A program made the position numbers and the translations under genes. From an uncultured beta proteobacterium (GTDB lineage Bacteria; Pseudomonadota; Gammaproteobacteria; Burkholderiales; SG8-39): 64,000 bases of DNA. Shown here piece after piece: positions 45,414 through 53,411 of the stretch (the stretch's first letter is position 1; every line of letters begins with the position of its first letter). The notes beneath the pieces are model-generated. The model was given only the letters and a program-made list of their open reading frames with translations. It searched no databases and was not told where the DNA came from. Where the stretch lies: NCBI GenBank assembly GCA_963789885.1, contig CAWBNB010000017.1, positions 13,939 through 77,938 of the forward strand, given 5' to 3'.

Positions 45414-47187
45414 CCCACGTCGACCCGGAAGTCGCAGGGCCGCTTGGCCGGATTCGGCTGGGACATGAAGTCCTCGCCCGGCGCGAACACGCGGTAGCCA
45501 CGATAGTCGCCCTCGAGGCTCGGATCACGGATGACCAGCGGCCGGAGAAAGATCACCAGCTCGGTCTTCGGTTGAGGATGTTGCCGGTTGGAGAGCGCGT
45601 CCCCGATGAACGGGATCCGGTTGAGGAACGGGATCGAGGCCTGCTGGTCGCTCAGCGAGTCCTGGATCAGCCCGCCCATGACCGCCATCTGTCCGCTCGA
45701 CAGCTTGATCACCGACTCCATCTCGCGGATCACGATCTGCGGGATCTGGTTCGGAATGGCGAGACCCGGGGTCGGATCCTGCACGAACGAGCTGATCCGC
45801 GAGATCGTCGGCTTCACGTTGAGCAGCACGCCGTCGGCGTCGCTGATCTGCGGCGTGATGTTGAGGACGACTCCGACCGGAACGGTCTGCGGCACCGCAG
45901 TGAACGACTGGAGGTTTCCGGCGTTCACCGTTCCCCTGACTGATCTGCGAGGCGATGTTGAAGTAGACGACGTTCTCGACCACTTTGAGCAAGGCGGTCT
46001 GGTTGTTGATGACCGAGATGCGAGGCGACGACAGCACGCGCACGTTCCCGAACGTTTCGAGCAGTTTCAGGCTCGCCAGGAAGCTCGCGGAGGTGTACGC
46101 GAGGGTGAGGAAACTCGCCGGTGGGCGTCACTGTCGACGCCGACCCTGCGGCAGGATGCCGCCGGAGAAGCCGGCGGTACCGGTGCGCAGAATGTTGAAG
46201 TCGATCCCCTGCTGGTAGTTGTTGTTGAGCTGCACGTCGACGATCGTCACCTCGATCAGGACCTGGCGCTTGGCGTTCACCAGGACCTGGTCGAGGAACT
46301 CCTGGAGCTTGTCGTGCTGGCGCAGGGTCGCGCGGACGTGAGGATCCCGGCTTCGGGATTCGCGATCACCGACGACGCCTCGCGGAACGTCACGTTCGGA
46401 GCCCGCCCCCAGCGCAGCGACTGCGACTCCACCGGCTGAGCGCGCACCGGACGCCCCGCCAGCCCCGGGCTGTCCGGGGGCCCCGGCCGCTGGTGGCGGC
46501 GGAGCGGGCGCCACGCCACCGCCGGGCAGGATCTTGTCGGTCTCGCGCAGGATCTCCTCGACGTTCTTAACGACCGTCTTCCAGAAGTCGTTGGCGCTGC
46601 GATTCTGGACCGAGACGCGCGAGGTGTTCTGCCCGGCGCCACCGCCACCAGACGCGGCGCCACCGCCGGCGCGCGCGCCGCCCGCGCCGCCGGCCCACCT
46701 GCCCCACGATCTCGGACGACACGCTGACCGTGCCCTGCGTCGAGCGCTCCATGTTGACGTAATCGATCTTGTAGATCCGCAGGTACGGCGAGTCGGGCAT
46801 CACGAGCAGGTTCGGACCGTTGAGCTCGTACCGCATATCGACCTGCTTGGCGATGCGGGTGAGGAGCTGGGGCAAGGTCTGATCGATCGCGTTGAGCGTC
46901 ACCGCGCCGGTGATCCCCGGATGGATGTCGACATTGACTTTTGCGTCGCGCGCGAGCGCGAAGAGGAGCTCGCGAACGTTTACGTTGTTGACGACGACGC
47001 TGTAGGTCTCAGCGCGTACGGTCGGCCGCGGCTTGGGCGGGACGGGGACCGCCTGAACCGGCGGGGGAATCGTCGCACTGGAGGTGCCGACGGTCTGGTC
47101 CTGCATGTGACCAGCCGAGGGCTTCATCGGCTGGAAGCACCCGGTCAGGGCGATCCCGAGACCGCAGACGAGCAGCTTCTTGACCAT
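45401..47187 (-). pseudogene. mshL: lipoprotein secretin (MshL/PilQ-like) interrupted by multiple frameshifts and an in-frame stop
   Basis: Lipobox MVKKLLVCGLGIALTGC. Secretin segments are spread over ORFs 46567..47253, 46277..46663, 46128..46514, 45525..46043 and 45401..45928 in three frames (..RQVLIEVTIVDVQLNNNYQQGIDF.., ..VRVLSSPRISVINNQTALLKV.., ..TELVIFLRPLVIRD..). Confidence 0.8.
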
Positions 47188-47320
47188 GCCTCCCCGACTC
47201 CCAATGCGCGCTGGCGCTGAAGCCCCTAAGGACCCGAAAAGCCAGTATAACAAAACACTCTAAGAAACTGTTTTATCGGCGCAAAGCGTTTGTGGCCTAG
47301 TGCCGGATCCGGGTGAGAAC

Positions 47321-48823
47321 TTATTCCTGGTTCTGCCGGCGCATGACGCCGATGCTGCGATGGAACGGCCCGCGCGACTTGAACGACGTCGGCAGGTCGC
47401 CCATGGCGGTGATGGTGTCCTCCAGGGTCGGATAGTTGCCGTAGGTCACGCCGTAGAACTGCCGGCCGTTCTGCTTGACGCCGTAAAGATAGACGTCCTC
47501 GAGGTTGACCGTCTGCGTGGCCTCCTCGAGAAACCGCTCGATCGCCTGTGGGTCAACGGCGGTCATCAGCTGGATCGTCCACGTTCCGTTCGGTGCAGTC
47601 TTCAGCCACTTTTGCGTCGCAGCGAACCGCTCCTGCGCGAGCTTTCCGGAAGCGGGCGGTCGGGCACCGGTCGGCGTTGCCGGCGGCTGCACGACACTGG
47701 GCGCCTCGGGCGCGGGCGGGGTGGCTGGCGTCACCGGGATTGCGGGCACCGCGGCGACCGTCGCGACTGCTGCGGGCGACGGGACGGCCGGCGATGCCTC
47801 GGGCGCAGGGCTCGCTTTCGCCGCGGGCGCCTCCTGGGGCGGGCCGGGGGAAGCGGTCGGTGCGGTCGCCACGGACGCGTTTGCCGGGCTGGCGGCTGCG
47901 GCGACGCTCCGTGCCGCACCGGACTGGTTCCAGAGGTGCATGCCCACCCCGACGAGCAGCCCCGCGGCCAGACCTGCGGCGACGAGCCACCAGGCGTTCG
48001 GAACGGCGCGCCGCCGGCTCCCGAACTCTGAGTCGCGGACCGCCGCGCGCGCGTGTTTGGCGGTGACCTGGTGCGTGCCGTCGGCGAATGCCGCGAGCAG
48101 CGACTTGTCGGCGAGGATGTTGATGCGCCGGGTCAGACCCTGCGAGGACTGGGCGATGAGCTTCATCGCGGGTGGCGCGAAAACGCTGGGCCCGCGGTAG
48201 CCCGCCGCCCGCATGCGGAAGTCGACGTAGCTCTCGACGTCCGAACGCACCAGCGGCTCGAGCTTGAAGCCGTGCGTGATCCGCTCCTTCAGCTGGCGCA
48301 TGTTCGGCAGCGCGAGATGCTGGTCGAGCTCGGGCTGGCCGAACAGCACGATCTGCAGGAGCTTGTGCCGGTTCGACTCGAGGTTCGAGAGGAGGCGGAT
48401 CTCCTCCAGCGTCTCGATCGGCATCGCGTGCGCCTCGTCGATCAGTACGACGACGCGCCGGCCGGCGGCGTAGAGCTTGATGAGGCGCTCCTGCAGCGCC
48501 CGCAGCAGGATCGTGACCCGCTCGCCGCGCGACTCGACCTGCAGGTCGGCGGCGATCACATGCAGGATCTCGTCCCGGGACAGGGACGGGTTCGCGAGAT
48601 AGATCGTCTCGACGCTCTTTGGCAAGCGCTCGACCAGCACCCGGCACAGCATGGTCTTGCCGCTGCCGACCTCGCCGGTGACCTTGACGATGCCTTCGTC
48701 GTGAGTGATCGCGTAGAGCAGGGCTTCCAGCGTCGCGCCCCGATTCGCCCCCGAGAAGAAGAACTCGGTATGGGGAGTGATGCGGAAAGGTGGCTCGTTC
48801 AGGCCGAAATGGCTCAGATACAT
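47321..48823 (-). CDS. ExeA/MshM-like AAA ATPase fused via TM + Pro-rich linker to a SPOR-like domain
   Basis: MYLSHFGLNEPPFRITPHTEFFF.., Walker A GEVGSGKT, TM WWLVAAGLAAGLLVGVGMHLW, P/A-rich linker. The C-terminal WTIQLMTAVD..YGVTYGNYPTLEDTITAMGDLP.. is DamX/SPOR-like. Confidence 0.8.
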   Translation of the reverse strand: MYLSHFGLNEPPFRITPHTEFFFSGANRGATLEALLYAITHDEGIVKVTGEVGSGKTMLCRVLVERLPKSVETIYLANPSLSRDEILHVIAADLQVESRGERVTILLRALQERLIKLYAAGRRVVVLIDEAHAMPIETLEEIRLLSNLESNRHKLLQIVLFGQPELDQHLALPNMRQLKERITHGFKLEPLVRSDVESYVDFRMRAAGYRGPSVFAPPAMKLIAQSSQGLTRRINILADKSLLAAFADGTHQVTAKHARAAVRDSEFGSRRRAVPNAWWLVAAGLAAGLLVGVGMHLWNQSGAARSVAAAASPANASVATAPTASPGPPQEAPAAKASPAPEASPAVPSPAAVATVAAVPAIPVTPATPPAPEAPSVVQPPATPTGARPPASGKLAQERFAATQKWLKTAPNGTWTIQLMTAVDPQAIERFLEEATQTVNLEDVYLYGVKQNGRQFYGVTYGNYPTLEDTITAMGDLPTSFKSRGPFHRSIGVMRRQNQE

Positions 48824-48874
48824 GGGGTTGCGCGCTTTATGTCACCCTCATAATGAGCGCAGTCCGGGGTTCAT

Positions 48875-48890
48875 TACAAGGGGGGTGCCC
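48875..48890 (-). promoter_or_regulatory. weak sigma-54-like promoter upstream of the MshM-like gene
   Basis: Minus strand GGGCAC-CCCCC-TTGTA. The -24 GG and the spacing are right, but -12 is GT instead of GC. It lies about 50 nt upstream of ATG 48823. Confidence 0.3.
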
Positions 48891-48914
48891 ACGCGCGGCC
48901 CCCGGGGATTGAAA

Positions 48915-48931
48915 GGGGGCGGGCAGCCCCC
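48915..48931 (-). terminator. GC hairpin after the response-regulator gene (possible terminator/attenuator)
   Basis: GGGGGC-N5-GCCCCC with only a short TTT on the minus strand, about 60 nt after stop 48994. Confidence 0.3.
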
Positions 48932-48993
48932 TTGTTCGTACGATCGCCAAGGAATCGTGCAAGAAGCAGGTTAGGTCGCGCGACGCGCGACAG

Positions 48994-50418
48994 TTACTGC
49001 TTCTGCAACGATTCCATCCGGCTGTAGAGGGTGGTGCGGTTGATGCCGAGGAGCTTCGCGGCCTGGCTCACGTTGCCGCGGGTGAGCTTCATCGCCGCCT
49101 CGATGTAGCCCTGCTCCCACGCCTTCAGCATGCTGTCGAGGTTGAAGCTCCGCTCGCGCTGCAGGTGGGCCTGCGCCTGCTCGATGAGCGTGTCCGGGTC
49201 GCTCGACGGGCCGAACTCCGCGGACGGGGTGGCGCTGACGTCGAGCTCGGGTTCGAGCTCCCTGCCCGACAGCTTCTGACCGGCGTACTTGGTCGTGAGC
49301 CGGATCACGATGTTGCGCAGCTCGCGCACGTTCCCCGGGAAGTGATAGTCGCGCCACAGCTTGGCCGCGCTCTCGTCCAGCGAGAACGGGGTGAGCTTCG
49401 CCTGGTCGGCGTAGAAGTTGCAGAAGTGCTCGAGCAGCAGCAGCCGGTCGTCGTCCATGTCCCGCAGCGGCGGCACGTTGATCGTGAAGACGCTGAGGCG
49501 GTGGTAGAGATCGGCGCGGAAGTTGCCTTTCTTGATCTCCTGGCGCAGGTCGCGGTTCGTCGCCGCGATCACGCGCGCGCGGCTGAAACGCCGCTGGGTC
49601 TCCCCGACCCTTTGGTACTCACCGTTCTCGAGGACGCGCAGGAGCTTCGCCTGCAGCTCGAGCGGCAGCTCGCCGATTTCGTCCAGGAAGAGGGTGCCGT
49701 CCGCCGCGTCCTCGAAGTAGCCGGACTTGTTGGTCATCGCACCCGTGAACGCGCCCTTCACGTAGCCGAAGAGCGTCGGCTCGACGAGCGTCGGCGCGAT
49801 CGCGGCGCAGTTGAGCGCGAGCGAGGGCTTGTCGCGACGGCTCGAGAGCCGGTGGAGCGCGGTCGCCACCATCTCCTTGCCGCTGCCGGATTCGCCCTCG
49901 ATCAGCACCGGGAACGGCGAATCGGCGCACTGCGACGTCTGGCTGCGGAGCTTCTGCATCGCGGGGCTGCGCCCGATCAGCATCCCTTCCTCGACCGAAC
50001 CCGACCCGGAGATCTCGGCCGCGCGGAACTGCAGCGCGTGCTGCAGGATCCGCTTCAGGTTGATCGGGTCGGCCGGCTTGGCGACGAACTCGGCCGCGCC
50101 GAGCGCGCGCGCATGGCGCGCATTCGAGGCGTCGTTCTGGCCGGAGAGCACGAGGATCTTCATGCTCGGCGAGTGCGCGAGCAGATCGCCGATGAGCGCG
50201 AACCCCTCGTCGGGGCGGTGCGGCACCGGCGGCAGCCCGAGATCGACCAGTGCGAGCTGCGGCGGATGATCCATCTGGCGCAGCAGGCTCACCGCGTGGC
50301 TGCGCGAGTCGCTCGCGAGGACCTCGAAGTCCTTGCCGAGCGCGTAGGCGAGCGTGTCGGTGATCAGCGGATCGTCGTCGACGATCAGCAGGGTGGGCTT
50401 GGCGCTGGGGTCAGACAT
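48994..50418 (-). CDS. sigma-54-dependent response regulator / enhancer-binding protein (NtrC family, PrsR-like receiver)
   Basis: MSDPSAKPTLLIVDDD.., receiver with DLGLPPVPHRPDEG, AAA+ GESGSGKE and GAFTGA, C-terminal HTH NVSQAAKLLGINRTTLYSRM. ATG 50418 overlaps the ABC ATPase gene by 8 nt. Confidence 0.9.
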   Translation of the reverse strand: MSDPSAKPTLLIVDDDPLITDTLAYALGKDFEVLASDSRSHAVSLLRQMDHPPQLALVDLGLPPVPHRPDEGFALIGDLLAHSPSMKILVLSGQNDASNARHARALGAAEFVAKPADPINLKRILQHALQFRAAEISGSGSVEEGMLIGRSPAMQKLRSQTSQCADSPFPVLIEGESGSGKEMVATALHRLSSRRDKPSLALNCAAIAPTLVEPTLFGYVKGAFTGAMTNKSGYFEDAADGTLFLDEIGELPLELQAKLLRVLENGEYQRVGETQRRFSRARVIAATNRDLRQEIKKGNFRADLYHRLSVFTINVPPLRDMDDDRLLLLEHFCNFYADQAKLTPFSLDESAAKLWRDYHFPGNVRELRNIVIRLTTKYAGQKLSGRELEPELDVSATPSAEFGPSSDPDTLIEQAQAHLQRERSFNLDSMLKAWEQGYIEAAMKLTRGNVSQAAKLLGINRTTLYSRMESLQKQ

Positions 50419-51145
50419 GGGCGAGCATGTCCCCGATACAGCGGAGAAAGGCTCTCTCCGTCGAAATCTCGCCATAATGGTCGCACAGGGCTCGGGGCGC
50501 TCCTGAGAAATACGGCACACCTTGGTGCAGGACGATCATCCGATCGCAAATCTCTTCCATGTCCGCCAGCGCGTGGGAGGTGAAAAGGAGGGTCCGGCCG
50601 TGAGCGCGCAGGCCTGCCAGCAGGGCCTTGACGCACGCGCGCGCCTTCGGGTCGAGGCCGCTCATCGGCTCGTCGAGGACGTAGAGGTCCCGCCGCGCGA
50701 GGAAGGATGCTGCCAGCCCGAGCTTCTGCGTCATCCCCTTCGAGTAGGCGCGGACTGGCTTCCCGAGCGCGGCCGGATCGAGATCGAGCGCCCCGAGCAT
50801 CGCAAGCACTTCGGCCTCGTCATAGCGCCCTTGCTGCAGTTGCAGCATGAAGGAGAGGAAATCGCGGCCGGTGAGGTAGTAGGGCGGCACGAACCGCTCG
50901 GGCAGAAACGTGAGCCGGGCGCGCGAGCGCGGCTCGGTGTGGGGGACGCCGAAGAGTTCGATCTTCCCCGCGTCCACGGCGCAGAAATCGAGCATGCACT
51001 TGATCAGCGTCGTCTTGCCGGCGCCGTTCACGCCCGCGAGGCCGAGGAACTCGCCGGGTGCGATCTCGAGGTCGACCTGGCGCAACACCTCGGCCTTGCC
51101 AAAGCGTTTGGTGACGGCGCTTACACGGACGACGGGATCTGGCAT
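50411..51145 (-). CDS. ABC transporter ATP-binding protein (ABC-2/NatA-like, no adjacent permease)
   Basis: 244 aa. Walker A GVNGAGKTT, signature YSKGMTQKLGLA, Walker B LYVLDEP, H-loop TSH. Confidence 0.85.
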   Translation of the reverse strand: MPDPVVRVSAVTKRFGKAEVLRQVDLEIAPGEFLGLAGVNGAGKTTLIKCMLDFCAVDAGKIELFGVPHTEPRSRARLTFLPERFVPPYYLTGRDFLSFMLQLQQGRYDEAEVLAMLGALDLDPAALGKPVRAYSKGMTQKLGLAASFLARRDLYVLDEPMSGLDPKARACVKALLAGLRAHGRTLLFTSHALADMEEICDRMIVLHQGVPYFSGAPRALCDHYGEISTERAFLRCIGDMLAHV

Positions 51146-51225
51146 GCGGAGGGTGTGGTGGACCGGGATGGGCCGCGCCGATGATATAGCAGGCGCGCCG
51201 GCGTGCTCTTCGCTAAAGATGGCTC

Positions 51226-52101
51226 TTGCCTCCCCTTTCCTTTAGTATTCAGCCCTTTGTTGTCGACGTTTTCCACCCGCACTTGTCTGCCACCCCCCCG
51301 GTTGCTGCGAACCTGGTCGAGATCGAGAACGTCACGTTTTCGTACGGGGGCGCGCCGGTCCTCGACGGCATTTCGCTCACCATCCCGCGCGGAAGCGTCG
51401 TCGCCATCATGGGCGGCAGCGGCAGCGGCAAGACGACGCTCCTGAGGCTGATCGGCGGGGCGTTGCGGCCGGCGAAGGGCGAGGTCCGGGCGTTCGGGCG
51501 CTCGGTCAGCCGCGCACGGACGCGCGAGCTCTACGAGCTGCGGCGCAAGATGGGGATGCTGTTCCAGTTCGGCGCGCTCTTCACCGACCTCTCGGCGTTC
51601 GACAATGTCGCCTTCCCGATGCGCGAGCGCACCGATCTCCCGGAGGCCCTGATCCGCGGCCTGGTGCTCATGAAGTTGCAGGCAGTCGGCCTGCGGGGCG
51701 CGGCCGATCTCATGCCGCAGCAGCTCTCGGGCGGCATGCAACGGCGCGTGGCGCTCGCGCGCGCGACTGCGCTCGACCCGGCGCTCATCATGTACGACGA
51801 GCCGTTCACCGGGCTCGACCCGATTTCGCTCGCGGTGACCGGACAGTTGATCCGCGATCTGAACGACGCGCTCGATGCCGCCTCGATCGTCGTCACCCAC
51901 GACGTCCACGAGTCGCTCGCCATCGTGGACTACATCTACTTCCTCGCGAACGGCCGGGTCGTGGCGCAGGGAACCCCCGACCAGGTGCGGGCCTCGACCG
52001 CCCCGTTCGTCCATCAGTTCGTGCATGCCGAGCCCGACGGCCCGGTACCGTTTCACTATCCGGCGCCCGACTACGCCGGCGCGCTGCTGGCGGGGCGGTG
52101 A
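51226..52101 (+). CDS. mlaF: phospholipid ABC transporter ATP-binding protein MlaF
   Basis: [34 protein letters not shown]. The start is uncertain: TTG 51226 or TTG 51283. Confidence 0.85.
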   Translation: MPPLSFSIQPFVVDVFHPHLSATPPVAANLVEIENVTFSYGGAPVLDGISLTIPRGSVVAIMGGSGSGKTTLLRLIGGALRPAKGEVRAFGRSVSRARTRELYELRRKMGMLFQFGALFTDLSAFDNVAFPMRERTDLPEALIRGLVLMKLQAVGLRGAADLMPQQLSGGMQRRVALARATALDPALIMYDEPFTGLDPISLAVTGQLIRDLNDALDAASIVVTHDVHESLAIVDYIYFLANGRVVAQGTPDQVRASTAPFVHQFVHAEPDGPVPFHYPAPDYAGALLAGR

Positions 52102-52895
52102 TGTTCGCGCGCGTCCTGTCCTTCTTCGAGGCGCTCGGCGGCCGGGTCAACGGGATGGTCGCGCGTCTCGGGCTCGCGAGCCGGTTCTTCTGGATCATGC
52201 TGCGCCTCTCGGGCACGAGCTTCCGGCGCCTGCCGCTCACCATCCGCGAGATCTACTTCGCGGGCGTGCTTTCGCTCATCATCATCGCCGTGTCGGCGCT
52301 CTTCGTCGGCATGGTGCTCGGCCTGCAGGGCTACGACACGCTCGTGCGCTACGGCTCCGCGGACGCGGTCGGGACGCTGGTCGCGCTTTCGCTGACGCGC
52401 GAACTGGGGCCGGTGGTGGCGGGCCTCTTGTTTGCGAGCCGCGCCGGCTCGGCGATCACCGCCGAGATCGGGCTCATGAAGGCGACCGAGCAGCTCTCGG
52501 CGATGGAGATGATGGCCGTCGACCCGATCGCGCGCGTCGTCGGCCCGCGTTTCTGGGGCGGGGTGATCTCGATGCCGCTGCTCGCGGCGCTCTTCTCCGC
52601 GATCGGCATCTTCGGCGGCTATCTCGTCACCGTCCCGCTCATCGGGGTCGACGAGGGCGCGTTCTGGTCGCAGATGCAGAACTCGGTCGACCTGCACGAG
52701 GACGTCGTCAACGGCATCATCAAGAGCGCTGTGTTCGGCGTCGCGGTGACCTGGATCGCGGTGTTCGAGGGCTACGATGCCGCCCCCACCGCCGAGGGGG
52801 TGTCGCGCGCGACCACGCGCACCGTGGTGACCTCGTCGCTCGCGATCCTCGCCCTCGACTTCGTGCTGACGGCGTTCATGTTCAGAGGGGCTTAG
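52098..52895 (+). CDS. mlaE: phospholipid ABC transporter permease MlaE
   Basis: 265 aa MlaE-type permease (..[24 protein letters not shown]..). Overlaps the mlaF stop. Confidence 0.9.
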   Translation: MMFARVLSFFEALGGRVNGMVARLGLASRFFWIMLRLSGTSFRRLPLTIREIYFAGVLSLIIIAVSALFVGMVLGLQGYDTLVRYGSADAVGTLVALSLTRELGPVVAGLLFASRAGSAITAEIGLMKATEQLSAMEMMAVDPIARVVGPRFWGGVISMPLLAALFSAIGIFGGYLVTVPLIGVDEGAFWSQMQNSVDLHEDVVNGIIKSAVFGVAVTWIAVFEGYDAAPTAEGVSRATTRTVVTSSLAILALDFVLTAFMFRGA

Positions 52896-52899
52896 ACAG

Positions 52900-53373
52900 A
52901 TGATGAACCGCAGGGCACTCGACATCTGGGTCGGCTTCTTCGTCGCGCTCGGGTTCGCCGCGATCATGTTTCTCGCGCTGCGGGTCGCGAGCTCGACCAC
53001 GCTCGCCGCCGCCGAGGGCTACGAGGTGAAGGCCAAGTTTGATAACATCGGCGGCCTCAAGGTCCGCGCGCCGGTGAAGAGCGCGGGCGTGGTGGTTGGA
53101 AGAGTCGCCGGCATCCGCTTCGACAACGAGAGCTTCGAGGCGGTGGTGACGATGAACGTCGACAAGCGCTACAGCTTCCCCAAGGACACCGCGGCCAAGA
53201 TCCTCACCTCCGGGCTGCTCGGCGAGCAGTACGTCGGTCTGAGCGCCGGCGGCGACACCGCCAACCTGAAGGACGGCGACACGTTGAAAATTACCCAATC
53301 CGCGATCGTGCTCGAGAGCCTGATCTCGCAGTTCCTGTACAGTAAAGCGGCCGAAGGCGGCGAGAAGAAGTAG
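52900..53373 (+). CDS. mlaD: MCE-domain protein MlaD
   Basis: 157 aa. N-terminal anchor DIWVGFFVALGFAAIMFLAL, then an MCE domain. Confidence 0.9.
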   Translation: MMNRRALDIWVGFFVALGFAAIMFLALRVASSTTLAAAEGYEVKAKFDNIGGLKVRAPVKSAGVVVGRVAGIRFDNESFEAVVTMNVDKRYSFPKDTAAKILTSGLLGEQYVGLSAGGDTANLKDGDTLKITQSAIVLESLISQFLYSKAAEGGEKK

Positions 53374-53411
53374 CGGACAGAAGTAGTAAGCCAGGAAGAA
53401 GCAGTCAGGGA

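Noticed and set aside
35730-47187. Interpreting the core as a classical Gsp type II secretion system.
   Set aside because: It lacks the GspC/H/I/J/K/L/M pattern. It has instead a lipoprotein secretin, an ExeA/MshM-like ATPase, a TM-TPR MshN-like protein, an MshEN-type ATPase N-domain, a PilM-PilN fusion and long 232-aa pilins with a C-terminal disulfide. This fits the MSHA-type type IV pilus better, but it needs profile confirmation.
45401-47187. Programmed ribosomal frameshifting or transcriptional slippage in the secretin gene.
   Set aside because: It would need 5-6 shifts in both directions. I saw no slippery heptamers or long homopolymers at the junctions, and there is also an in-frame TGA. 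Decay or sequence error is far more parsimonious.
28256-51145. Interpreting the locus as a PEP-CTERM/exosortase (XrtA) system, because of the PrsK/PrsR-like two-component pair and the ExeA-like ATPase.
   Set aside because: The window has no exosortase, no PEP-CTERM-tailed proteins, and no polysaccharide synthesis or export genes (Wza/Wzc/glycosyltransferases). The structural genes are pilins, a secretin, a GspE/GspF pair and PilMNO-like proteins.
28171-51225. The pilus locus as a mobile genomic island.
   Set aside because: There is no integrase, transposase, tRNA attachment site or flanking direct repeats. The core pilus genes look only slightly less GC-rich than the flanks by eye, which I could not quantify.
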